DNA of 20,000 nucleotides from Cystobasidiomycetes sp. EMM_F5 (taxonomy: Eukaryota): NCBI GenBank assembly GCA_051047955.1, contig JBPGPT010000002.1:1167174-1187173 (forward strand), written 5' to 3'. The position numbers and the translations under genes were made by a program. Of this stretch, positions 10,621-20,000 are shown one piece after another. Position 1 is the stretch's first letter. Each line of letters begins with the position of its first letter. Below the pieces are notes generated by a model that saw nothing but the letters and a program-made list of their open reading frames with translations, searched no databases and was not told the origin of the DNA.

Positions 10621-13600
10621 TTACTCATCCTCTTCTTCCTCTTCTTCGACGATTGCAGCCCGCTTGAACGACGGACCTTTTGCGGCACCTCCGGCCTTGC
10701 GGATTGTACCGTTTGAGGGATTGGGCATAGCGCAATCTGTACGTTGTCCGCTCAGAGCAGCATACCTCCCTTCTCCGAAAGCTGGCGTAGGCGACTGGCC
10801 AGGGTCAAAGGATTCTCGACCCCCGGCCCGCTTCGCATGTGAGCTGACGGACGCGGTGTCCGTGCCCAATTGCCCAAAACCACCCGTGTATGTTACTTTC
10901 TCGTCAACCCATTCCCCTTCGCCATCAGGATCTTTATCGCGAAAGACATCACGAATAGGACCATGTAAGTTTTGGGACGAGGTGCGCTTGTGGGAATGAG
11001 AAAAGTGGGCTCCATTAGGCGTACCGAATGGATTTACCACCTTGTGCGCAGCAAAGAGAGTGGGGTGGTGTGCGCCAGACACCGTGTGATGACGCGAGTG
11101 CCCGGTTGTAATTAGATTGCCCATCGCACTGGTCGAGCTACTGCGACTGTGAGCTTGGCTATGCGTATGTCGCCGTCGCCCATTGCCATTAGAATCGCCA
11201 GACTGACGTCGAGACAAACTGGGCTTAAGAGCGGTATCGGATATTGCGTTGTCTTGAACTCCCGATAGTTTGTGTAGCGCTTGATGACGCTCAGACTCTA
11301 CAGAGGCGTCAAGAGTCTCATTCTCCTCGGCAATTGTCGAAGGTTCCGCGTCCGGAGCCTCCGAGATTGACGATTGCCGGGAGCCGGCACTGTGTACTGA
11401 TGATGCATTCGAATGTGAACGCGAATGCGCGCTTCTCATCCTTGTGCTGTGTGAGGGTCCAATCCTTCGCACTTGCGTTACAGCAGGGGTCCTCCTGAAG
11501 GCTGCAACGGGAGATCCGCTCAACATTGTGGAGTGGCGTGACGTTGTAGAACCAGACGAGCCGGCTCTGACGTGGCGCGATCTTGGCAGAATTGCTGGAA
11601 GCGAGCTGCTTTGACCTACAGCTGCCGAAGCAAGCTGGTGTGAGAGGCTAGAAATATCTCGATCTTTCTCCTCCGATGTTCTCACGTCAGTTGCACTACC
11701 TATCGACTTTCGACTCGCGTCACTGCGACGCCTTCGTTGCACAACCAGCGGTGAGACGCCGCCACTTTGCCCAATGCGCCGTGCTGAGGCAGAGGAGTTG
11801 CGCCTAGATGGACCTGAAGACGTCGGGCCATTTGAAGGTATACGCGATAAAGGCGGTCTCTGCAGCGGATGTGGTGATGGTATGACGGCTCGCCTGGTCA
11901 ACGTGGCTTGATTTGCGACGGCACGATCATGGTTCTCTTGGCCAAAAGGAACAGTTGACACCCTTTGACGCTTCTGCTTTCGCCGATCATCATTGAACCA
12001 CATTTTGAAATTCGAGAATAGGCCTTTAGATGCACGATGTTCTTTTGTGGAGGAGGACACCGAAGTGTCTAAAGATTTACCGGGCAATGACGGCGATGAC
12101 CTATCGGCATTCGCGGAAGCTGTTGCCGATTTTGATAACGATGCCTCCAGACTATCATCGGCATTCAACGACTGACGTTCGGTTTTGTTTGCAAATCCAC
12201 TTTCAGGCAAAGCTGCGGACGCGGATTCTTTGACTACTTCGTCACGTTTTGCCTTCTCGGCCGAAATTCCAGCGCTCGTCGTATCGTTTTCAGTCTTTAA
12301 GACTGGTGCTGTTGCATTGGCTCCCGTGCCTTTGACTGCCCAAGAGGGTTGCAGCAGATCTTTCGACTTTTTCGTCACTAGCGGCGGCTTATCTTGCTGA
12401 ACAGACCCGCCTGATGGTTTCCGACTAAAGAAAGCAGAGGCGAACGTGCTAGAGGAGAGCCTGGCTTGATCGCCGGTGGTAGGCGGACTATCGCCCGGTC
12501 GCAGTGTCTTTGAAACGCCTAAAGCCGAGCTTGCGCGAGCCAGCATGCTGACTGTATTGACTGAGGCACTTCTTGGTCTGCCAGGACTTTTCGATGGCGA
12601 TGATGGTCCGCTTGATACGGACGAGGATAGAGTCGTATTGAGCTTCGTAGCACTCGCCATGGTTTGTCGCCGTTTTCCTTCATTTGCTGAAATGTTGTTA
12701 TCGCTGGGTGATGCGCTGAGGGTGAGCAGTGGATTTGCAGAATCGTTGATGGCCATAGAGGGAGCAGAGACAGAGGAAAACCTAGCCGCGTTTGCCGATA
12801 CAATACGCAACTGTCTCGGAGATGGCGTGTGCATTGGTCCACCATATTCGACAACGTGTACATCATCTGTATGAGTGACATCTTGGGGTGAGAAGTACGC
12901 GTCTTGACTTGTTGTCGGTGCGATGACGGTCGTAGAGTCCGAGATCGCGTGTTCTGCCACGCGTTGTCGTGGTAGCGGAGAAGCCCGACCACCAGCAGGC
13001 GGAGGCCCGTGTTGTATGGAAGACGGCGCTAGACTGGACATCGAAGCGCTGCGAGCGGGCGCATTTAGTACGTAATCTTGGGCTTCAGGTTCTCGACTTT
13101 CAGCTTTCGCCTTCAACATCCACCACATCGCGCTGCTAGCATCGCAAGCATGATTACGTACAGAATGGATGATTTGTCCGGTATCTAACCCAACTTGAGC
13201 CAAGTTTTCAATAAGCTCCTTATCCGATAAAGTGGTAAATGGTGCGGTCGATGTGATAGCCAGCAGACTAACATAGTCCGGAGGGGGTTCGTAATGGGTT
13301 TGGATGCGTTCTGACATGGTACTGCCAATTGATCGTCTTTTCGTTCGTGATGGAGTGCGCGAGTGTGCTGGAACCGGAAGAGCGGGGGAGCTTTGCGAAA
13401 GCTGCTCTAGCATACTAGGGCTTGCCGGAGGATAGCGGAAGCTCGAGAGACTAGCATCTGAGTAAGTACCAGACTGAGTCCTCAGTAAAGCACTTTCTGG
13501 TAAGATGTCAGGGGCAGTCACAGTTCTCTGGGAAACATTTCGGGGAAGTTGCAGTCTGCTGCTATCATAAAGGCTGTTGGCTGCAGACATGTTTAGCATG

Positions 13601-15051
13601 TCGGCGGAAAGGGCTGACTGTTCGGCAGTTCCAGCAATCGATCCAGAATCGTTGCGGATGCCGAGCCCGATGTCGTTGCCGTTTGCTGTGTTGGCAGAAT
13701 GCCAGGTTGTTGTCGATGTATCCGATACTGCTGAAACTGGCTCATTGGAAAGTCTCGGCGCGCTTGTCGTATCTAAGGTACCAGTCTCGGTCAAATCGCT
13801 ATACTCTTCGGGAATAGGCGCCGGCATATTATCCAAATGACCATACGGGTGGTATGCAGCAGGATTGGGGCTAGGGTGAAAAGACTGGCTGAACCACTCG
13901 TGTCCGAGTATTTGCCTTATCGTCAAGCGCTGGAGCGGATCTTGCTGCAAGATGCTAGTGATGAGATTCCTCGATTCTGCACAGAGTTTCAGCAATACGA
14001 ATTCGAAAGGACAAACATAGAAATCTTACCATCGCTGAGCCAATCTGGCAGATCATAAGAACCCTTCAATATCTTCTTTTTCATTTCGTCCTCGTCGTCA
14101 TCATCAAAAGGGAGACTACCAGTCAAGAGCGCGTACAATATGACCCCAAGCGACCAGATATCAACTTCTGCAAGTCATGGGTAAACAGGGTGAATAAGGT
14201 AGAGTGTGGATAAAGCGCACCTTCCCCCGTGTACTTTTTACCAGCCAGCATTTCTGGAGCAGCATAGCCTGTAGTGCCGCAGAAGGTTTCCATCAAGCGT
14301 CTTTGCTCAAACTCGCGGCCGAAGCCAAAATCGCCGATCTTGATGTTACATCGTTCATCGAGAAGGATGTTTTCGAGTTTGAGATCGCGGTGTACGACAC
14401 CTTGACCATGCACATAGCCCACACCGAGGCAGAGTTGTCCGAACATTCGACGAGCCTCCATTTCACCTAGTCTCCCTTTCTCCACAAGATAATCGAATAG
14501 TTCGCCGCCGGCGCATAGCTCTGAGACTAGCCATATGCTCTGCTCAGTTGCAATGACCTCGTAGAGCTGCAGAACATGCGGGTGGTGTAGTCGCCTATGA
14601 TGGTGTATCTCCCTTGTCAGAAGCGGTGGTGCCAGAGATCTAGGAATCTGCTTGACGGCACATCTTTGCGATGTTAACTTATGTACGGCGAGCTTGACTT
14701 TGCCAAACGATCCTGAAGCGTTGTGTACAGCAGAATATTAGCGCAATGGCTCATCGAAACAAATAACCTCGTATCGAAGACATGGGAGGCTCGCCTTCTC
14801 CTATATCGCGACCAAGAACGTAGTTGCCGACGGTCTTGATCTGCGAGGACGATAGCTCTCTTCCGAGATCTTGGTAGGCTGTTGTGAGCTGACCAAACAA
14901 TTTCCGCGAGCACACAGAGTCATGGCAAATAAGATACTGGTCAAACGCGTACTAGGCATGGACATACTTGAGCTTTGTGGCCAGCACTAGCAGTGTATGC
15001 GTGCCCGCCAGCGGGTCTTCCAATTCGTTCCGTTGTTATTCTGCCGTGCAT
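10621..15051 (-). CDS. Ser/Thr protein kinase, CAMK group / CAMKL (MARK/Kin1-related, resembling S. pombe Ppk16), ~1387 aa, with UBA-like segment and long low-complexity tail
   Basis: Exons 15051-14968, 14888-14795, 14712-14221, 14167-14030, 13976-10621. Motifs IGEGSFGKV, AVKQI, HRDLKLEN, DFG, TFCGTTGYAAPE, VDIWSLGVILY and LPFDD. UBA-like segment LAQVGLDTGQIIHSVRNHACDASSAMWWML. Confidence 0.93.
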
Positions 15052-15248
15052 GGCGTTGCAGTGCACGGCTCCTGCAGCACGGCTAGCGATACCGACAGCA
15101 TGTGGCCTCGCTGTGAGGTCTTGCAATCAATCAGCGATTCATGTATGGCAGCGCAGGATAAAGACGTTGGGAGCGGTCATGCGATGACAACAGGCGATGC
15201 GATATGACAGGTGTAACTCCAGAAACTAATAATGAGTCTTTTCCAAAT

Positions 15249-16498
15249 TTAAAGCTTTGCCTTGACGGGGCGCATTGGACATCCTCCACTACTTCCCGAT
15301 GAGTGTGCTTTGCGTTGTGCGTTCTCCTCGGCGAGCTTTTCGGCTTCAGCGTCCCCGGTGCCATCGGCTCCAGGCGTATCTGACTTCTTCGGCGCAGACT
15401 CATATGGGTTGTTCTTGCGATCCACACCAAGTTCAATCAGCTTGGCAAAAGCATCGCTAAAGTGCTGATAAAAGATGTCTCGATCTGCAGCATACTGTTC
15501 AACCCAGTGCCTGAAATGTGGGTCTTCTGTCAAAGCGTAGTCCGTTGGCAGCAGCATGAGCTCTTCGCCGAGTGATGTATTGGCGAATTGTCTGGGACCT
15601 TGCCATTCTTTGATTGTCCAGTCGAGCTTTATCAATTGCTTAAAGAACAAATTGCTGAAGCGAGTCGGGTTTGCAACCTAGAGTAAGTATCGGATCAGTA
15701 AAGCGCTTCTTCTACGCATAGGAGGAGCTCAGTTACCCAAGGTCCATCAAAACCGGATCTGTCAGAGTGACATCGGCCCAGATTGTGGGCGCCAATCAAT
15801 GCGACTGTTTCCTGGTCGTTGAAGCCCATCTGCTTCTGAAACACTTGCCGGATGTGATCTGATGCCAAAGCACCATCGGGTAAGCGACCAGGTGGAGGGC
15901 ATTTGCTGTCATCAACGAAATCTGTCCGGCCGGGCTTCCATGGAATCTTAGGACCTCCCATCGCTTCAATAGCAACGACGCCAGCAAGAGTCCAGAGGCT
16001 GAGTATATGTGTTAGCGTTAGATGTACGTGCAGGGTCGGACTTGAGACGGACTCTGAATAGGTGATCCACGGGTGCTTCTCCTTGACCGGTTCTAAAAAA
16101 ACGCGCGCGTGCTGCAGACCAGCGTTCGCAGGATCGCCGCCTTCTGACTCGTAGCGCATACCAGCGCCCTGCGATCCACCAGTCTTTGTCTCCTGATCAT
16201 AAGTACCCGATGCGTGCCAGGCTAGCCGAACGAGCACAGGACCAGCCGAGCCGTCATCGTACTAAAGGGATGAGGGAGTCGTGCGATTCAGTATATCTGA
16301 TGTAGATGGGCTGTGAGAGCTATCTATTCACTTCTGGTTGCTTCAAAACAGCCAAAATGTCTTTTCGCACCGCTAGCAGATGCATGATGATTGTGGCGTC
16401 AGCGATACTGTGCAATCAATAGAGAAAGATGCATACCTACCATCGAAGTGGCCTAGAGAGGGCGGATTCTGCGGAGTTGACGACGTAGATCCTGACAT
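15249..16498 (-). CDS. CCP2: Class I heme peroxidase, cytochrome c peroxidase paralogue (CCP2-type), ~332 aa, C-terminal PTS1 (AKL)
   Basis: Exons 16498-16441, 16372-16332, 16261-16053, 15998-15737, 15677-15249 give ...[40 protein letters not shown] (distal R/W/H), proximal [15 protein letters not shown] and MLLPTD. No mitochondrial presequence is evident. Confidence 0.93.
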
Positions 16499-16745
16499 TG
16501 TGAATGTAATGTTCAATAGTGGGTGGAAGCAAAATGTCGGCGAAAAAAAATATTCCTGACGCAAGTGCTGTGATATCTTGTACCGGATAAACCGGCAATC
16601 ATGCTAACAACTCGCGACAATCGAATTCTGGCCGGTTATGCGAATTATGAATTTTTTAGCCGAGCAAAAATGGAAGAAATTCCGAAACAATGGCGGAAAG
16701 CATGAATGCGTTACAAAGCTTGATGGGAGGGCCCACGAATGCATC

Positions 16746-16788
16746 AAAAAGGTTGGAACGAGTCACATATGGCCCGTTTCCAGCAAAA
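16746..16788 (-). terminator. Pol III oligo-T terminator(s) of the tRNA gene
   Basis: On the minus strand, T4 at 16788-16785 lies 3 nt after the discriminator base, with a back-up T5 at 16750-16746. Confidence 0.55.
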
Positions 16789-16791
16789 GAG

Positions 16792-16890
16792 CGAGGCAGG
16801 CAGGATTTGAACCTACGCGAGCAGAGCCCAATTGATGTTTGGCATTGATAGCATTCTAATCAATCCCATTAACCGCTTTGGTACTGCCCC
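16792..16890 (-). tRNA. tRNA-Ser(AGA) with a 17-nt intron at the canonical 37/38 position (16837-16853)
   Basis: Minus strand reads GGGGCAG TA CCAAAGCGGTTAATGG G ATTGA TT AGA A [TGCTATCAATGCCAAAC] A TCAAT T GGGC TCT GCTC GC GTAGG TTCAAAT CCTGC CTGCCTC G. All stems pair, with a long variable arm, G73 and an 82-nt mature length. Anticodon at 16857-16855. Confidence 0.93.
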
Positions 16891-17014
16891 CTTTTTTGTT
16901 GTGCAGCAGAGCTCGGTATGTCCTACATACCTTTCTGTTTTTCTTTGCACGGGACCTTGCCCCGCAATTTTCCGCTGCTTGCGCTCTTGCGCTCATCGCC
17001 GAGGGAAGACGACG
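16850..17014 (+). repeat. Copy 1 of a >=165-bp direct repeat (tRNA 5' exon + upstream flank)
   Basis: Aligns to 19838-20000 with 2 substitutions and 2 single-base indels. The true extent cannot be seen because copy 2 leaves the window. Confidence 0.97.
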
Positions 17015-17100
17015 CAAATCATACTGGTTTCCGTAGCGCTACTGTATTACTATTCGTCTGATATGCTACACCCTGCGATTTGTTTTTTAGCCTCCGTTAA

Positions 17101-19258
17101 CTAAAAGTACGCATTGCTACCCCTATAATATGAGACGCTGTCACCGGTCCTCGTAGACCTCACGCTACCCCGAATCGTATCTCCTCCGCTACATTCTTCA
17201 TACTGGGCCATATACCCATATGGGTCGAATACAGTCGAGGCGGCGCCCTGCGTCCCAGTCTTAATAGTATGATAAGCAGTTGAAGGAGTGTATGCCGTGC
17301 TGGCCATCGACTTATGAGGTATACTGCGGTCATACGCAAAAGCTGCTGCTGTGTTACGATCTCCTTGGAGATCTTGAAGATTTCTTCCCGATAATGGCGG
17401 TTGTCGATTACGATGCCCAGCTAAAATTGCGATATTGTCTCTAGCCACTTCTGATAGGGCGGATCTCTCCTGAACGTATGGTAGAGCAGTGTCTTGAACT
17501 TGCAAGTGACTTGATATTGCGGTGTGGGATATCGGCTGCAAGCTTTGAACCATTCCACCGTGCTCCCGATGAAATATGGTTTCCTGCGCTGGCCAACCTG
17601 TAGGTACGGTCACAGCTCCGCTTACATACGCCTGCTGATCTGCGCAGAATGATAGATTCTCCTCCTTCTGTTGCAAATCGGAATTTGCCAGAGGTGGCTT
17701 CTCCGCAAAAGCAGAGTATGAGAGCACACTGTCTGGCCGGCTCAATGCCGTAGAGTCTGTTGGGTAGTCGGGACCATTGGTCCGACAGTCCTGCTTTCTG
17801 CGCCAAATATACCATATTGCGACAGCGAGCAGCAATGTAGCAGCCACAGAGCCCATTACAGCCAAGATTATCGTTAATCGTCGAGATTGCGAAGCTGACC
17901 CAGCCCCAATGATTGGCATTTGCGACGCCTCTTGAACATTCATCAGGCTGCTGTGCTCATAATCGCTCATGCCATCCGTTAACGAGATTGACGACCAAGT
18001 TTGCGAAACGGTCTTTGAATCTCCCAAATCTCCGACCAGCGTGGGACCGAGCAGCGAGAAGATTTCGCTAGACGCGAGAGCGCTTTCTGTCCCGCCTGAC
18101 TCCGATCGGCTTGTCCTGATTATGGTACTGACGTTCGAGTTTTCGGAAATTGCGTTATTCAGAACGACTGGCAACTCAGTTGTCTCTGGAGGCGTTATTT
18201 TACTTGACGTCGTAGAGCTGGAAGAAGTTTCTGTCGAAGAAAGCACGGTTGACATTGCATGTGAATGTGAAGTTCTGGATTTTGATGACGACGATAACGT
18301 TAACGATGAAGAGGACAACGAGGCTGATGACGGTGAGAATGAGGGTATTGTTGGTAATGGCCGGGTGGCGATTTGTGCCGACTTTGTTGTACTTTCCTGC
18401 GAAGCAATTGTTTCAAGAGACAGCGTCTTTGAGGAAACCAGGGAAGGCAATTGGCTCGAGCGCACAGCATCTTGCGGTTTTGCAGAAGTAATCGGATCAG
18501 TGCCAGGTGTGTAGCTAACATAGTTCCGGTCTCAGTCTTGATTGTACCTTGCAAAGTTCTACCGTACTTACAAGAAATCCCTGAAAGAAACTATCATCAT
18601 TGATTTTCGACCGCCATTTCGCGTATGTCAAGAAGGCTTACCAAACAACCATGCGAGTGGCACTGGAAGAAGTTTTGGTGATCTTGAAGGTATGTTGAGT
18701 TGCTGCGAGGCCATCTTGCCGCCAAACGACTACAGTAGTGCCTGTAACGCTTCGATCCGGCCACGAGCAATCGATCTTGAACTCTTTTCCGTCTAAAGTA
18801 GCAGATTCTATGCCATTGTCCGAACTGCGTGTTGAGCGAAAAGCGATGGAAGTTCCCTTGCACATTATTGTGTCAGCATGCAGCTGTTAATTAGGCGAGA
18901 CCTATGATGGACGACGAGGGACTCACTGTAAACGTCAAAGTCGCAGATGCACCAGATTCTCTCGTAGAGTGATACACATCCCGCTCGGACGTTTCTGTGT
19001 CCCTTAAAGTCAGGAAGACGCAAGCTGCAAAGGACATTGACGCACTCCATTGTCCCGAGTATACGATTTGTGGACTACTAGTCCCGATAATGATTGCGCC
19101 AGCGTCAACATTTTCGGGATTGGCTAGATACGCCCAGCATCTATGCGCAATTCCGAGGTAGCTGCGGCGTCAAGCAGATCTCAGCTCAGTATGCGAGGAA
19201 GTCAGCTGGCACCGACTTACATGAGGACTGTCAATCTAAAGTCCCGCCAAAGTCGCAT
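17101..19258 (-). CDS. Type I single-pass membrane protein: signal peptide, galactose-binding-like (CBM-like) beta-sandwich, Ser/Thr-rich stalk, TM helix, cytoplasmic tail; ~619 aa
   Basis: Exons 19258-19221, 19161-19046, 18994-18927, 18856-18642, 18580-18572, 18514-17101 are phase-consistent. They give MRLWRDFRLTVLIYLGIAHRCWA (signal-like), SSPQIVYSGQW, HSTRESGASATLTFTGTSIAF, ATLDG, VVWRQDGLAATQHTFKIT, VVWDFFYTP, a Ser/Thr stalk, and TM LTIILAVMGSVAATLLLAVAIWYIW followed by RRK. Confidence 0.85.
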
Positions 19259-19837
19259 GCCTTTGCTTCACGTAATGCAGCTTGTTGCGCTTCTAAATCG
19301 CGCTTCGACGAACCCCAGTCATGTACAAATTTATGTCGTGTACAAAGGCGGCACACTGGCTGACTGCCGGGAGCAGCATTTTGGTCACATAGATAAAGGC
19401 GACGTGATTCGGGTTCCAAGCGAGATCATGAAGCGGATACTAGGAGTTCCACTGCCAGCGATCATATCAGTAGTCTGTACAATGGTCCTCTAGTATTAGC
19501 TTCAATCAGCGGAAGAGTGGTCAGTCAGTAGGTTGTTGGGATGTGATCGTCAAGCATAGCCTGCATCCCGGCTTCGAGTGCGTCAAGTTCCTCTAGCAGC
19601 ATCGGCGAACCACGCAAGTCCCGTTAAGCACCGAAATGCAAGCGTCAGCTTCGCGGAAATAAGCCACCGCAATCTGAAGACAGTTCATACGCTTCGTTCA
19701 AATCCGTTTCTGCGGAGAAAGTCGGTTGGTCTTGCCTGCGTCGTATACTTGTCACCTGCGTCCAGACAGAAAGTCCATGCCATTCATCGATAACGTCAGA
19801 CCCGCGTGCGAGAACGCAGCCTGCAAAGTTGCTGATC

Positions 19838-19878
19838 AGCATTCTAATCAATCCCATTAAACGCTTTGGTACTGCCCC
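19838..19878 (-). pseudogene. Orphan 5'-half tRNA-Ser(AGA) (5' exon plus first 4 intron nt), G19->T, no 3' exon or B box
   Basis: Minus strand reads GGGGCAGTACCAAAGCGTTTAATGGGATTGATTAGAA-TGCT, then unrelated sequence. Confidence 0.85.
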
Positions 19879-20000
19879 TTTTTTGTTGTGCAGCAGAGCT
19901 CGGTATGTCTTACATACCTTTCTGTTTTTTTTGCACGGGACCTTGCCCCGCAATTTTCCGCTGCTTGCGCTCTTGCGCTCATCGCCGAGGGAAGACGACG
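19838..20000 (+). repeat. Copy 2 of the direct repeat of 16850-17014 (continues beyond window)
   Basis: 163 bp, near-identical to copy 1, offset about 2988 bp. Confidence 0.97.

Noticed and set aside
10664..13840. Plus-strand and alternate-frame ORFs within the kinase tail exon
   Set aside because: Shadow ORFs of a Ser-rich coding region.
16832..17104. ORFs crossing the tRNA gene (16638-16835 and 16832-17104 on +)
   Set aside because: Explained by the tRNA and its flank; no coding features.
17969..18514. 181-aa acidic plus-strand ORF
   Set aside because: Antisense of the Ser/Thr-rich stalk, where Ser codons read as Asp/Glu on the other strand.
19653..19713. tRNA-Phe-like look-alike on + (GCGGAAA...CTGAAGA...GTTCAAATCC...TTTCTGC)
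   Set aside because: The acceptor-like ends pair, but the D, anticodon and T stems do not and the length is too short. The B-box-like 10-mer is on the wrong strand to serve the orphan tRNA half.
16850..20000. Interpretation as an LTR retrotransposon, autonomous DNA transposon or CRISPR array
   Set aside because: No TG...CA ends, gag/pol, transposase, tyrosine recombinase or regularly spaced repeats. The internal gene is an intron-rich host-type gene.

Overview
Intron-rich, gene-dense fungal genomic DNA, most likely a basidiomycete (inferred from short introns with CTRAC/CTRAY-like branch points and from the protein families). I reconstructed seven spliced protein-coding genes by hand. (1) A short membrane protein on + that begins an SMP domain (Mug190/tricalbin-like) and stops inside it. 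(2) An SH3-REM-RasGEF of the Cdc25/Ste6 family (-, 934-6072). (3) A strongly diverged SidL/Acetyltransf_8-like GNAT acyltransferase with a duplicated YSMNWRP peptide (-, 8362-9710). (4) An Sft1/Bet1-family Qc-SNARE (+, 9832-10364). (5) A CAMKL-type Ser/Thr kinase with a GC-AG intron (-, 10621-15051). (6) A CCP2-type heme peroxidase ending in PTS1 AKL (-, 15249-16498). (7) A type I membrane protein with a galactose-binding-like ectodomain and a 9-nt microexon (-, 17101-19258). An intron-containing tRNA-Ser(AGA) gene lies at 16792-16890 (-). The most unusual structure is a near-identical direct repeat (16850-17014 vs 19838-20000, running off the window). It starts inside the tRNA intron, creates an orphan 5'-half tRNA, and brackets a ~2.99-kb unit holding the whole membrane-protein gene. 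This suggests a recent tRNA-anchored tandem duplication or a tRNA-targeted insertion. No transposase, integrase, CRISPR array or rRNA was seen. Family assignments rest on remembered motifs, not on database searches.
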